A DNA stretch of 64,000 bases. Origin: an uncultured Gammaproteobacteria bacterium (lineage in GTDB: Bacteria; Patescibacteriota; Microgenomatia; Woykebacterales; RBG-16-39-9b). Positions 31,657 through 40,648 of this stretch are shown here, piece after piece. Below the pieces are notes generated by a model. That model had not been told where the DNA came from. It ran no database searches and saw only the letters and a list, made by a program, of their open reading frames with translations. Numbering within the stretch: the stretch's first letter is position 1; every line of letters starts with the position of its first letter. A program made the translations under genes and the position numbers. Where the stretch lies: assembly GCA_964367355.1 (NCBI GenBank), contig CAYIWY010000001.1, positions 100,340 to 164,339 on the forward strand, given 5' to 3'.

Positions 31657-32130
31657 ATGGTTGAGGAGTTTACCGAAATTTACCTTAAATATTCCGATAA
31701 GATCTTCCGGTTCCTCTACTGGCACCTTAAAGATGTTCACAGAGCTGAGGATTTGACAAGTGAAGTATTTTTTAAAGCTTTCAAAAACTGGAAGAGATTC
31801 AAAGAAGGCTACCCCCAGGCTTGGCTCTTTCGGATTGCACGCAACTTATTGATTGATTTTTACCGCTCGAAGAAGACAAGTTCACTTGAGCAAGCTGAGG
31901 AGATAAGTGTTGACCTAGATTTGGTTGAAAGTCTAGAAAAGGATGAAGCAGCTCAAAGTTTGCAACAAGCTTTAACCAAACTACCAAAGAATTTACGAGA
32001 GGTAGTGATTTTAAGGTTTTTTGAAGACTTAAGCGCTGTTGAGATTGGTGCTATTCTTGGAATAAGTGAAGGCAATGTTCGAGTACTACAGTTTCGAGGG
32101 TTAAAAAAGTTAAAAGAGGAACTAACATGA
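31657..32130 (+). CDS. ECF-type RNA polymerase sigma factor
   Basis: Sigma-70 region 2 (WLFRIARNLLIDFYR) and region 4 (REVVILRFFEDLSAVEIGAILGISEGNV). Confidence 0.88.
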   Translation: MVEEFTEIYLKYSDKIFRFLYWHLKDVHRAEDLTSEVFFKAFKNWKRFKEGYPQAWLFRIARNLLIDFYRSKKTSSLEQAEEISVDLDLVESLEKDEAAQSLQQALTKLPKNLREVVILRFFEDLSAVEIGAILGISEGNVRVLQFRGLKKLKEELT

Positions 32131-32816
32131 ACAGAGACGAACTAATAAATGAACTAATTGCTGCCGGAGCCGATCCATCGGAGGCAGAAGAACTAGCAAA
32201 TTTTAAGGATTCTTTGAAAAAGCCAATGCTTGAAAGAAACCAAAGTTTTAAGCTGAGACAGGTTAATCAAATATCGAGCAATCTGAATAAACCTTCTGGT
32301 TTTGATTGGCGGCGTTTTATTAGACCGTTTGGTTTAGCCCTTGGAGGCTTGTCTGTTGCCGGAGCCTCTGTTTTTGCTTCGCAAGGTAGCCTTCCGGGTG
32401 AATCGTTATATCCGATAAAAAGGTTGTCAGAAACTGTGTTTGAGAAAATCAAACCTGAGTTTAAAGATGAAATTCCCGTTCGACGCAGCGAAGAGGTAAG
32501 AAGTTTGATTGAGAAAAATAAGAATGACGACGCAATTAAAAGGAGTTTAGAGGACTATCAGAAACAATCTTCTGAGTCTGAAAATAAAAACACTATTAAA
32601 CAAGCAGTGGACAATTTAAGAAAGGCACAAGAGGAGGCATCAGAAAAGTCAAAAGAGGCGATTGAAAGGGTACTTAAAGAAGGTGATGTTAAAGGTGAGC
32701 AAATTAATAAGGAATCTGAAAATAAAGGTAGTGGGTCCAAAGACTCTGAGCAAAAATCAGGTGCTGGTTCCAATTCATCTGGGGAGAGCAACTCCCATTC
32801 TGGCGGGGGAGATTAA
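32127..32816 (+). CDS. Putative anti-sigma factor: single TM, charged C-terminal domain
   Basis: Its start overlaps the sigma gene stop (ATGA). It has one TM helix (FGLALGGLSVAGASVFA). Confidence 0.6.
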   Translation: MNRDELINELIAAGADPSEAEELANFKDSLKKPMLERNQSFKLRQVNQISSNLNKPSGFDWRRFIRPFGLALGGLSVAGASVFASQGSLPGESLYPIKRLSETVFEKIKPEFKDEIPVRRSEEVRSLIEKNKNDDAIKRSLEDYQKQSSESENKNTIKQAVDNLRKAQEEASEKSKEAIERVLKEGDVKGEQINKESENKGSGSKDSEQKSGAGSNSSGESNSHSGGGD

Positions 32817-32938
32817 ACTTTTTTAAAGAACGAGGTTCGCAGAGCACTTTAGTGATCTACTTTGCGAAGCAATGAGGAGCAAAGCGATCTATTTTCACCA
32901 ACAGAACTTAAATAGGTTTATTTTGGTTGCTTAACTAG

Positions 32939-33367
32939 TCAGACTATAAAATGTTTTTGGAGAAATGTTCCTGGAGTTACAATTCTTATTTCAGGGACTG
33001 TACTTTGTGCTTTTTGTGTGAGTATGTGACTTTTATCTAGGCTCAATAGAAAATCCACTTTAGCTTCCATCGCAGAGATTAAAATATGACGGTCTTTAAT
33101 ATCAATTTCTTTAAGATTTTGGAGTTTGTTTTCATCTGGAAATGGTAGGATTTTGAAATAATTACTTTCCAACCAGTTTATAAAAAGATCGTAACTTGCT
33201 TTAGCAAGCTTCCTGCTTATTGCTTCTTCGCTTTCCGCCACTACACCATCGTTTATCCAACCTTCAACTTTTCCTTGGCGAATAGAATTAACAACTTTAA
33301 AAGAACCACCAGTCTTCGAACCTGCAGCAGCAACCAAAACTGAAGAATCGAAAAAAACTTTAAGCAT
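32939..33367 (-). CDS. vapC: PIN-domain toxin (VapC-like)
   Basis: N-terminal FFDSSVLVAA with acidic residues at PIN positions. Its stop overlaps the start of the upstream antitoxin gene. Confidence 0.65.
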   Translation of the reverse strand: MLKVFFDSSVLVAAAGSKTGGSFKVVNSIRQGKVEGWINDGVVAESEEAISRKLAKASYDLFINWLESNYFKILPFPDENKLQNLKEIDIKDRHILISAMEAKVDFLLSLDKSHILTQKAQSTVPEIRIVTPGTFLQKHFIV

Positions 33368-33599
33368 TTAACTTATCTGCTTCGAGAAAACCTTCTATGT
33401 CGCTGTCAGTATAACTGCGTAGATATTTTGTAGGGATACTTCGCAGTGGTTTAACAATCAGTTCGCCTTCTTTAACACTAACATCTAATAGAGAGTTTTC
33501 ATCTATTCCTAACTGCTTGCGGAAAGCCGAAGGTATGGTTATTTGGCCTTTTGCGAGAGGTTTTACAATTTCCGAATTACGAAGTCTAGAAGATTTCAT
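33360..33599 (-). CDS. vapB: AbrB/MazE-fold antitoxin (VapB-like)
   Basis: AKGQITIPSAFRKQLGI ... ELIVKPL, a SpoVT/AbrB swapped-hairpin motif. Confidence 0.65.
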   Translation of the reverse strand: MKSSRLRNSEIVKPLAKGQITIPSAFRKQLGIDENSLLDVSVKEGELIVKPLRSIPTKYLRSYTDSDIEGFLEADKLNA

Positions 33600-33825
33600 A
33601 TAGTTAGAATTATATCGTTAAGAAACTCATAATTTCTATATTATAGAATTTCTAACTTTATCTGTCAATACTAAGGCGTACTCGTTGGATCCGCCAATCG
33701 GCGGACGGGTTTAGGCACCTCTGGCCTCAAACGAACAGTTTCAGTTTTTCACCAGCAAATTTAAATCATTTCTTACTTTTCGCCAATTAAAGCAGTAAAA
33801 TGCTTAATTAGAGAGGTAGGTTCAA

Positions 33826-34194
33826 ATGTTGACGCCAGTGATCCGGTTAATCACCCAAGAGATGGTAAACTCTTACGCTGAAGTATCGGGTGATCACAAC
33901 CCGCTTCATGTAGACAAGGAGTTTGCTGAGAAGTCTATTTTCGGAAGCACGATTGCTCACGGGATGCTTATTCTTGCTTTGGTTTCCGAAATGATGTACG
34001 CGGGGTTCTCAAAAGAATGGGCAACTAGTGGAGGTTTAAAGATAAGGTTCAAGAGACCAACATTTCCGGGAGACACTGTTACTGCAATTGGAGAATTACT
34101 TAGTGAAACGAACAACGCCTCGACCTTTGCAGTGAGCTGTGTAAATCAGAAGGGAGAAGTGCTTTTAGAGGGTAGGGTGTTTGTTAGAAAATAA
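33826..34194 (+). CDS. MaoC-like hot-dog fold dehydratase
   Basis: GDHNPLHVD ... HGML ... FKRPTFPGDTV. Confidence 0.8.
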   Translation: MLTPVIRLITQEMVNSYAEVSGDHNPLHVDKEFAEKSIFGSTIAHGMLILALVSEMMYAGFSKEWATSGGLKIRFKRPTFPGDTVTAIGELLSETNNASTFAVSCVNQKGEVLLEGRVFVRK

Positions 34195-34297
34195 CAAAGC
34201 ATTTGGTTAACAAAGGACATTCTTGGAGGAGATGTCCTTTTTCTTACTTAAGAAGTCCGATTCTCCTTAAGGTTTGAAGAGGTTCCGAAATCAATAT

Positions 34298-34384
34298 CCT
34301 TGGTCGGGCTTGTTGGACTACACTTCGCTAAAGCTTCGCTGTAGCAGGCGATATTCGCAACCTCTGGCATCAATTAAACTCCTT
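34298..34384. repeat. R1 intergenic repeat, copy A (ttggtcgggcttgttggac ... aacctctggcatcaattaaac)
   Basis: Part of a family with at least 6 copies between island cassettes. Other copies are at 33681-33730, 35021-35080, 35781-35860, 36455-36565 and 38252-38335. Confidence 0.75.
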
Positions 34385-35017
34385 TTAGATCTTTTGGATT
34401 TTTAAGTTGATAAAGAACCTTGTAATTTCCGCATCTGTTCCCAGTGTTCCGGTTTGAATATTTGATTCAATAGTTGCGGTTGAAGAGGTTGTGTAGTTTA
34501 CCTGCCATTCTCTATATCCCGGATCATTTTCATAATTTACTCTGATTAATGTAATCGCCCCTGTGGTCTTTGGTTCAGACTCAATCCAACTATACTTGTT
34601 CGACAACCTCAGAAAAACCTGTTGGCCATTACTTATGGCAAAGAACTGACCAAAGTCTTTTTCAGTAATAATTAATTTATACTCTTGTGGAATGGTAGTG
34701 CTCTTCTCGCTCGTCTCAGTATCTTTTTTAGTACTTGTTGGGGTTGAATTTTTTTCAGCACTTTTTGTTGCGACTTTATTCCCAGAGTCAGTTGTGTTAG
34801 TTGTTTTACGATTATAGAACGATAAATAAGCTATGTAAAATAAAGCAGCGACTATTAGCGCGGCAATAACAGAAATTCCCAAAACTAATCTCCAATTAAA
34901 TTTATTTCCCGATTTATTATCGGTAGATGATGGTTGATTTGTTGGTTTAAGGTCTTCACCCATTAAGTAAATTATAGCACTCGTGGGAGCATTTTGTTGG
35001 TTGGACTCTGTCTTCAC
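34385..35017 (-). CDS. Membrane-anchored protein with a Ser/Thr-rich linker and an extracytoplasmic domain of about 110 aa. The start is possibly at 34963 (MGEDLKP).
   Basis: One TM helix followed by a T/S-rich low-complexity segment. Confidence 0.5.
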   Translation of the reverse strand: MKTESNQQNAPTSAIIYLMGEDLKPTNQPSSTDNKSGNKFNWRLVLGISVIAALIVAALFYIAYLSFYNRKTTNTTDSGNKVATKSAEKNSTPTSTKKDTETSEKSTTIPQEYKLIITEKDFGQFFAISNGQQVFLRLSNKYSWIESEPKTTGAITLIRVNYENDPGYREWQVNYTTSSTATIESNIQTGTLGTDAEITRFFINLKIQKI

Positions 35018-35164
35018 CGGTTGGTGAGTGAGGAACCTTTACCCTCAAATCAACTCTTTTAAAAACTGCAGGTCGCAGAGCGCGTAGCGATCTATTTTTG
35101 TTGGCTAACCTAAATACGTTGTTCGATTCTCGCGAAAGACAGTAGAGTTTGATATAATTTATGT

Positions 35165-35773
35165 GTGGGTAAAGATTCCGGTAAAGATTATCTAATAAAA
35201 CTAGACGAACGAGTTAGAAGAAACTTAATTGTAGTTTATATAACGAGTGTTCTAATAAGCTTTCCAATCCTCTTTTATTTTTTTCTTATCCCAACAAAAT
35301 ATATATTATTTAGCCTCCCGTATTTAACTGGCTTTGTTATTTATGGATTCCTCTGGATTAAAAATATCTTTAAATTAAAGGAACGAGCATCTGATTCAAA
35401 TCTGTTTCCTAATCTCGAGAAGGAAAGAAAAAACATAAACATTTCTTTTCTTGTTTTTTTGACCCTTTGGTTAATAGTAGGTCTATTGTCTAAATTAATT
35501 TTTTTGGTTATTTTCACGGTTATTTTAGTTTGGGTTGTAACCTTCCCTTCCGTAGTCTTATATTTCGCTATCTTCCATAAATATTTTTACTTTAATTACT
35601 TTATGTATGGGGTCTACAATTTGAATTATCCAATGACAAACTTTACACTTCCTACCTATATACATATTCCGTTCTGGTTGATATTTGTTCTGATTTTCTG
35701 GGCTCTTGTTAACCCTCAATTAAATGATTCTTCAAGCACTTTGTTTTTACCAAACCTCTTAAAACTACCTTAA
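35165..35773 (+). CDS. Polytopic membrane protein, hypothetical (GTG start)
   Basis: About 5 TM helices; no recognisable family. Confidence 0.45.
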   Translation: MGKDSGKDYLIKLDERVRRNLIVVYITSVLISFPILFYFFLIPTKYILFSLPYLTGFVIYGFLWIKNIFKLKERASDSNLFPNLEKERKNINISFLVFLTLWLIVGLLSKLIFLVIFTVILVWVVTFPSVVLYFAIFHKYFYFNYFMYGVYNLNYPMTNFTLPTYIHIPFWLIFVLIFWALVNPQLNDSSSTLFLPNLLKLP

Positions 35774-35780
35774 CAGAGCT

Positions 35781-35860
35781 CTTGGTTGGGCTTGTTGGAC
35801 TACACTTCGCTAAAGCTTCGCCTAGATATCAGGAACCTCTGGCCTCAGTTAAACTCGTTT
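35781..35860. repeat. R1 intergenic repeat, copy B
   Basis: Near-identical to copy A over about 45 nt (ttggac tacacttcgctaaagcttcgc). Confidence 0.75.
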
Positions 35861-35894
35861 GTAGAACTTGTTCGCAGAGCGCGTAGCGGGCGAT

Positions 35895-36149
35895 TTAACC
35901 TTTATAGATTTCTCTTCGGTGTCCGATACGCAAAATAACTATTTCTTTCCCTTCAATATCAAAAGTTACTCGATAATCGCCGATTCGAAATCGTCTTTTT
36001 CCAAACCTAGATTCTTTAAGAGACTCGCTATATTTCATTGGGTCGTTTTCGAATTCTGCTAATTTTTTAGCAAACCTTTTCTTAACGATTCGATCAAGTT
36101 TTGCCAGATCCTTTAGAGATCTTTGGGTGTAAGTGAGTTGGAATTTCAT
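35895..36149 (-). CDS. relE: RelE/ParE-family type II toxin
   Basis: YRVTFDIEGKEIVILRIGHRREIY C-terminal signature. Confidence 0.8.
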   Translation of the reverse strand: MKFQLTYTQRSLKDLAKLDRIVKKRFAKKLAEFENDPMKYSESLKESRFGKRRFRIGDYRVTFDIEGKEIVILRIGHRREIYKG

Positions 36150-36156
36150 TCAGAGG

Positions 36157-36414
36157 TTATAGATCGCCAAAAACTTGCTCGTGAGTGTATACGCGACCAG
36201 CTTTAAAATCTTCTCTAGCTTCTTTTATACTTTTAATATATTGGGGGGAGTTGGCCATTAGTAGATCTTCAAAGAAATCAATGTTGACCAGTGCAACTTT
36301 TGGCTCACCGCGTTCGGTTACAAGAATATAATCTTCTTTTTCGCTCACCTCGTCTATAACATCTGCTAAGCTGTTCCTAAAAGTTGTTGTCGAGACTATC
36401 TTGGAGTTTTTCAT
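36157..36414 (-). CDS. phd: Phd/YefM-family antitoxin
   Basis: TTFRNSLADVIDEV ... ILVTERGEPKVALV. Confidence 0.8.
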   Translation of the reverse strand: MKNSKIVSTTTFRNSLADVIDEVSEKEDYILVTERGEPKVALVNIDFFEDLLMANSPQYIKSIKEAREDFKAGRVYTHEQVFGDL

Positions 36415-36454
36415 ACATCTGAAGTGTACAGTTGAATTGTAATAATGTCAATAG

Positions 36455-36565
36455 CCATTGGTCGGCCTTGTTGGACCCAACTTCGTAAAAACTACGCTGG
36501 GCAAGCTCCAGAACCTATGGACTCAACTTAACTCTTTCGACTTTAGCCCACAGAACCTAAATCGG
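36455..36565. repeat. R1 intergenic repeat, copy C
   Basis: Shares ggtcgSccttgttggac and aacctatggactcaacttaactcttt ... ccacagaacctaaatcg with copy D. Confidence 0.7.
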
Positions 36566-36682
36566 TTCCTAATTCGTTGATTTACACAACTTTTAGTGTT
36601 ATATTTATAACAATTCGTTTATCGAAGGTGGATAACCCGTAAGGGTATCGTGGAAGGGTTGGCGAGAGCCAACCTCTTTCAT

Positions 36683-37465
36683 TTAGATTAACTTTTTCCC
36701 ATACCCTTTAAAGTTATTAAAAGTTCTTCCAACAACATATTTATTTTGAATAGAATTCAAGATTTGTTTGGTAAAACTTTTAGGTGCTACTTTTAGCTTT
36801 TCATATTCAACCAAAACGTCAAATTTGGTTGGGGAACAGAGTAGGTCAGTAAATTCTAAGCCTTCGATCCCGTATGATTTAATTTTTAATTTAATTTCTT
36901 TTGAAGTTAGAACGGATTGGATAAAATCAGGTTCCCTAAAATTTGTCCCTCTAGTGTAAAAATGTGTATAACTTGCTTTCAATTGTAAGTCTTCTTTTTT
37001 CCCTCTTGCCTCTGCACAAACGTCACCCCTCCCCATAGTTGCAAGAAAATTAGTATATCTTTCGAGCATCACAGTAAGGCAATAATGATAAGGGTGTTCA
37101 GCGGCCTTTGAATACTTTTCTAAATGATCTTTTTTATCAATTACAACGCAGATTATCTTATAATCAACGTCTTTTACCATTGATAATAACTGTCGGTTAT
37201 ACTCTTCTTTAATTTTTGTATCTTGCAGTTTATTAAAGTAGTTCTTTTTATTTACAATATCCTCTCTGTGTAAAATCGGTAAGTTGTCGGGATCGTTTGA
37301 GAATAACTTCTTTATACTTTTTATTCTTGGCTGTAAATCAGATTCATAATTATCCAAACTGATAATTACACCTGTGAGAGATAGGTATTGCTTCCCTACT
37401 TCGTCAGATTGGGAATAGTGATGATTACCTGATTCATCAATATAAAGTCGATAAAGATTTTCCAT
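36683..37465 (-). CDS. DUF3800-family protein. The probable start is MENLYRLYIDESG at 37465.
   Basis: The N-terminal YIDESG motif is characteristic of DUF3800. Confidence 0.55.
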   Translation of the reverse strand: MENLYRLYIDESGNHHYSQSDEVGKQYLSLTGVIISLDNYESDLQPRIKSIKKLFSNDPDNLPILHREDIVNKKNYFNKLQDTKIKEEYNRQLLSMVKDVDYKIICVVIDKKDHLEKYSKAAEHPYHYCLTVMLERYTNFLATMGRGDVCAEARGKKEDLQLKASYTHFYTRGTNFREPDFIQSVLTSKEIKLKIKSYGIEGLEFTDLLCSPTKFDVLVEYEKLKVAPKSFTKQILNSIQNKYVVGRTFNNFKGYGKKLI

Positions 37466-37504
37466 ATGATAACAAGGTACTGATTCTACCACCAAAGTGT
37501 TAAA

Positions 37505-38185
37505 ATGGCAGCTATGAAACTAGATGTTCCTTTAATAAGACAACCAAAAGATTCTGTTGACTGTGGGGTAGCAGCAGTAACTATGGTGCTAAACTTTCAC
37601 AGGACTGAGAAAACTTTTGAGGAGGTTAAGAAGGATATTTCTACTGATGAAGTAGGTACTTATGCCCCACAACTAGGAGAGTATCTAGCAAGACAACATT
37701 TTTCTGTAGATATTGTTGTTAGAAACCCACTACTTTTTACAAGAAATGACGAAAATCTAGATAAAAATTCATTAACTGAGAAGTTTAACCGGTTGCAACA
37801 TAAAGGAGTTAGTATTCATAATCTGAAAGTAATAAATTACTTCAATAACTTCCTAAAATGGCCACAGAATAAGGTTACTGTAAAGATTCCAGACAAAAAT
37901 GATATTGAAGAAGAAATTAATAGTGGGAGACCATTAATTGCCTTTTTAACAAACGCTGCTCTTTATAGAGAAAACATAGCTGAAAAACATAAAAAGGATT
38001 TTTCCTACACCTTTCATACGGTTGTAATTACTGGTTTAGAAAATGGAAAAGTTTTTGTTAATGACCCTTATGCGGAGGAAGACGGTGGGAGTAAAGAATA
38101 CCCATTAGAAGATTTTCTATTTTCAATGTACTCTAGTTCTCTTGGGGATTTGGATAACGGAAGTTTGATAAAAGTTAGGAAATGA
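37505..38185 (+). CDS. Standalone peptidase C39-like (papain-fold cysteine peptidase) domain protein
   Basis: Q..DCGVAAVTMVL (Gln/Cys), then FHTVVITG ... NDP (His/Asp). The triad is complete. Confidence 0.65.
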   Translation: MAAMKLDVPLIRQPKDSVDCGVAAVTMVLNFHRTEKTFEEVKKDISTDEVGTYAPQLGEYLARQHFSVDIVVRNPLLFTRNDENLDKNSLTEKFNRLQHKGVSIHNLKVINYFNNFLKWPQNKVTVKIPDKNDIEEEINSGRPLIAFLTNAALYRENIAEKHKKDFSYTFHTVVITGLENGKVFVNDPYAEEDGGSKEYPLEDFLFSMYSSSLGDLDNGSLIKVRK

Positions 38186-38251
38186 TCCTAGAGGTTCGAT
38201 AACTACTCAGCCCTGCTACAATTTGATATAGTAACTCAGGCACGAATTTTA

Positions 38252-38335
38252 TTGGTCGCCCTTGTTGGACGATATCAGGAACCTCTGGCCTCAACTTAAT
38301 TCTTTTAACTTTAGTCCACAGAACCTAAATCGTTT
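38252..38335. repeat. R1 intergenic repeat, copy D
   Basis: ttggtcgcccttgttggacgatatcaggaacctctggcctcaacttaattctttt ... ccacagaacctaaatcg. Confidence 0.7.
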
Positions 38336-38358
38336 TTATAATAGGTTAACTTTGCCCC

Positions 38359-38988
38359 TTACAACTTAAGCTTGGTAAAATCGTTTTTTGAGTAAGTGCT
38401 TAGGTCTTGAACAGATAAAATTTTAACTGCTTCGGAAAAACCCTCAAACATTTTATTTAACCTGGTTTTTTTACCCTGTATCTGTTCCTCTTCTAATTCC
38501 TCAACAAATAGGTTTATGGAATTTTTGATTTCTGCATAAAATTCCGGTAAATAGATACCGAATCTTTTTAATTTAACGTCACTTCCAATATACCACTCTG
38601 CTATTTTACCCCCTTTCTTAATCCATTTTGGATGATGTGTATGAAGTAACCCGTGTCGAAACACTTCGTAATGTAACCCGTAAGTGGGAGAAAGAATTTT
38701 AAATTTCCTCATAAATTTAGCTACATCTTTACCCTCATTTTTCTTCTTTGGAATATATCCCCAGTATAAATGAGAAAGGTAAGTTAATTCAGCAAATAAA
38801 AATCTCACTGCCGAGTAAAATGCTCCGGGAGAGTTTTTAAGAATGGTATCCATCTCTCGATTTAACGACTCAAGAAGTTCGTTTTCAAGGTACGCGACAG
38901 CAACCGTGTGGTTGAAATACTTTTTATAAACCCTTTTATCTGCAGGTTGCCAAACTCCTTCTAAATAATACCCAATAATATTTTCCAT
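38359..38988 (-). CDS. Hypothetical protein (209 aa), divergent partner of the second C39-like gene
   Basis: ORF with a -10-like box; no recognisable family. Confidence 0.45.
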   Translation of the reverse strand: MENIIGYYLEGVWQPADKRVYKKYFNHTVAVAYLENELLESLNREMDTILKNSPGAFYSAVRFLFAELTYLSHLYWGYIPKKKNEGKDVAKFMRKFKILSPTYGLHYEVFRHGLLHTHHPKWIKKGGKIAEWYIGSDVKLKRFGIYLPEFYAEIKNSINLFVEELEEEQIQGKKTRLNKMFEGFSEAVKILSVQDLSTYSKNDFTKLKL

Positions 38989-39087
38989 CGTTTGGATTTT
39001 ACCACCAAAGTGCTAAAATGGCAGCTTTTTTTAAAATCATTCTTTCTGCTCCTTGTTAATAAATATATAAATTCTACAATCTCCAAT

Positions 39088-39489
39088 ATGAGACCAATAA
39101 AGCAAGAGGATCCTTTTGGATGTGCAGTTGCCTGTGTAGCTTCGGTATTGAGGATTGATTATCAAGAGGCGTTACATATCTTTAGAGATGGTAACAGGAA
39201 GGCTAAGACAACAGGTTTTTATTGCAGAGAAATAGTTAGTGCACTTGAAAAGGAAGGACTAAAGTATGAGTACAAGTACATAAGTAGCAGGTTTAGAAAG
39301 AAGATATACAAGCCAGGTACAATTGTCTTTTTAAGAAGATCTAAGAAATATCCTGAAGGTCACTACCTATGTCGAACTAGTAGTAAGGAGTGGATGGATT
39401 CCTGGTTTAACTTCCCATCTGAGAAACGAGAAGCAGGGTTTAGAAAGAGACTACCAGAAAAATCCATATATTTGATTTACCCACTTTAG
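39088..39489 (+). CDS. Second standalone peptidase C39-like domain protein. The start is ATG 39088 (MRPIKQEDPFGCAVACV).
   Basis: Q ... GCAVACVASVL ... GHYL ... MDSW triad. Confidence 0.6.
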   Translation: MRPIKQEDPFGCAVACVASVLRIDYQEALHIFRDGNRKAKTTGFYCREIVSALEKEGLKYEYKYISSRFRKKIYKPGTIVFLRRSKKYPEGHYLCRTSSKEWMDSWFNFPSEKREAGFRKRLPEKSIYLIYPL

Positions 39490-39494
39490 AGAGA

Positions 39495-40103
39495 TTACAC
39501 AATCTTGCGATCTTCCCCTTCCACAATAACTGCTTGCTTATCAGTTAGCTTGATCAAGTCGTATTTGTCTGAATATTTCTTCACTATTTCTTCATATTTT
39601 GATATGTACTTCTTATTGCCAAAATGAGGTAGGGCAACAAAATCTACCAGACCAAGGCCTTTAGTTGAATCTAGTTTGGCTTTGCTGGGATCATCCATCC
39701 AAGCGACTGGTTCAATGTCTGGACCAACAAGGACAGAACCAGCACTAGAACCAATATAGATAACCCCTTTTTCAACCAACTCTTTAACAACCTCATCAAA
39801 GCCTGATTCTCTGGCTTTTTCTAGCAAGTAGAAAGTATTACCACCACAGACGAAAATTATGCTTGCATTGCCCATTTCTTCTCTCAAATTACCCATACCT
39901 TTTTTCTTCAAATCGACCTCTTGCACCAGATAACCCCTCTCTTTCAGTGCTTTTCTATCGACATCAACAAACCACTTGTCTTCGTACGGATCGGCTGCAG
40001 TAGGAATAAAGGCAACTGTAGTTTTTTCAAGAGAATCAGAGAAAGTATCTACAAATTTGTCTGCAGACTCAGCAAAAACTGAAGCTAAGAAAAGTCTCTT
40101 CAT
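39495..40103 (-). CDS. Peptidase S51 (dipeptidase E / cyanophycinase-like)
   Basis: FVCGGNTFYLL ... IGSSAGS. Confidence 0.75.
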   Translation of the reverse strand: MKRLFLASVFAESADKFVDTFSDSLEKTTVAFIPTAADPYEDKWFVDVDRKALKERGYLVQEVDLKKKGMGNLREEMGNASIIFVCGGNTFYLLEKARESGFDEVVKELVEKGVIYIGSSAGSVLVGPDIEPVAWMDDPSKAKLDSTKGLGLVDFVALPHFGNKKYISKYEEIVKKYSDKYDLIKLTDKQAVIVEGEDRKIV

Positions 40104-40648
40104 AATTTAGTAAACTCTGAACTTTTCACCCTAACCGCTTCTGACATTTTTTCAGTACTAACATAAGCCAAAACATCAACGTCAGGGTCATATAACTCAA
40201 TCATATCTAGGTCAGGTCTTTCAAAGACTCTTGCACCTTCCATTTTCTTACCCGCAATTAGTTCGTCTTTTAGCTGTTTGTATTTTTCAGGTTCTAAGTA
40301 AAAATCTACATCTCCAACGTGATGTCGATAGGGGTCTGGTTTCCTGATATAGAGATGGGTGTAAGTAGTTTCGGGAACATCATCTTGTGCTGGGATAACG
40401 ATTGGTTTAAGTAAAGTGAAATACTTTTGATTTGGATTGTCTGAGGGTTCAGTAAGTTCTTTTCTAAACTTTATCAGAGCCTCATATTCAACATCGTAAT
40501 GACAAAACACTCCAATATTACCAGCATTATTTGGAAGGTAATAACCGAAGGATTGTTTAGAAAGTTTGTGAGCTTCAAAATTAATGTGCTTAGCAGCTTC
40601 AAGCAGTTCATCTATGCTTTGTATTGGACTAAATCTGTACAGTTTCAT
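40100..40648 (-). CDS. Hypothetical protein (182 aa)
   Basis: ORF overlapping both flanking genes by 4 and 1 nt (operon). Confidence 0.45.
   Translation of the reverse strand: MKLYRFSPIQSIDELLEAAKHINFEAHKLSKQSFGYYLPNNAGNIGVFCHYDVEYEALIKFRKELTEPSDNPNQKYFTLLKPIVIPAQDDVPETTYTHLYIRKPDPYRHHVGDVDFYLEPEKYKQLKDELIAGKKMEGARVFERPDLDMIELYDPDVDVLAYVSTEKMSEAVRVKSSEFTKL

Noticed and set aside
33681-38335. R1 repeats as integron attC sites. They contain a GTTGGAC sequence matching the GTTRRRY core.
   Set aside because: The cassette genes are in mixed orientation. No intI or attI is present. The R''-like and R'-like ends are in the wrong order for attC. Similarity to the tRNA-Pro 3' end explains the copies better.
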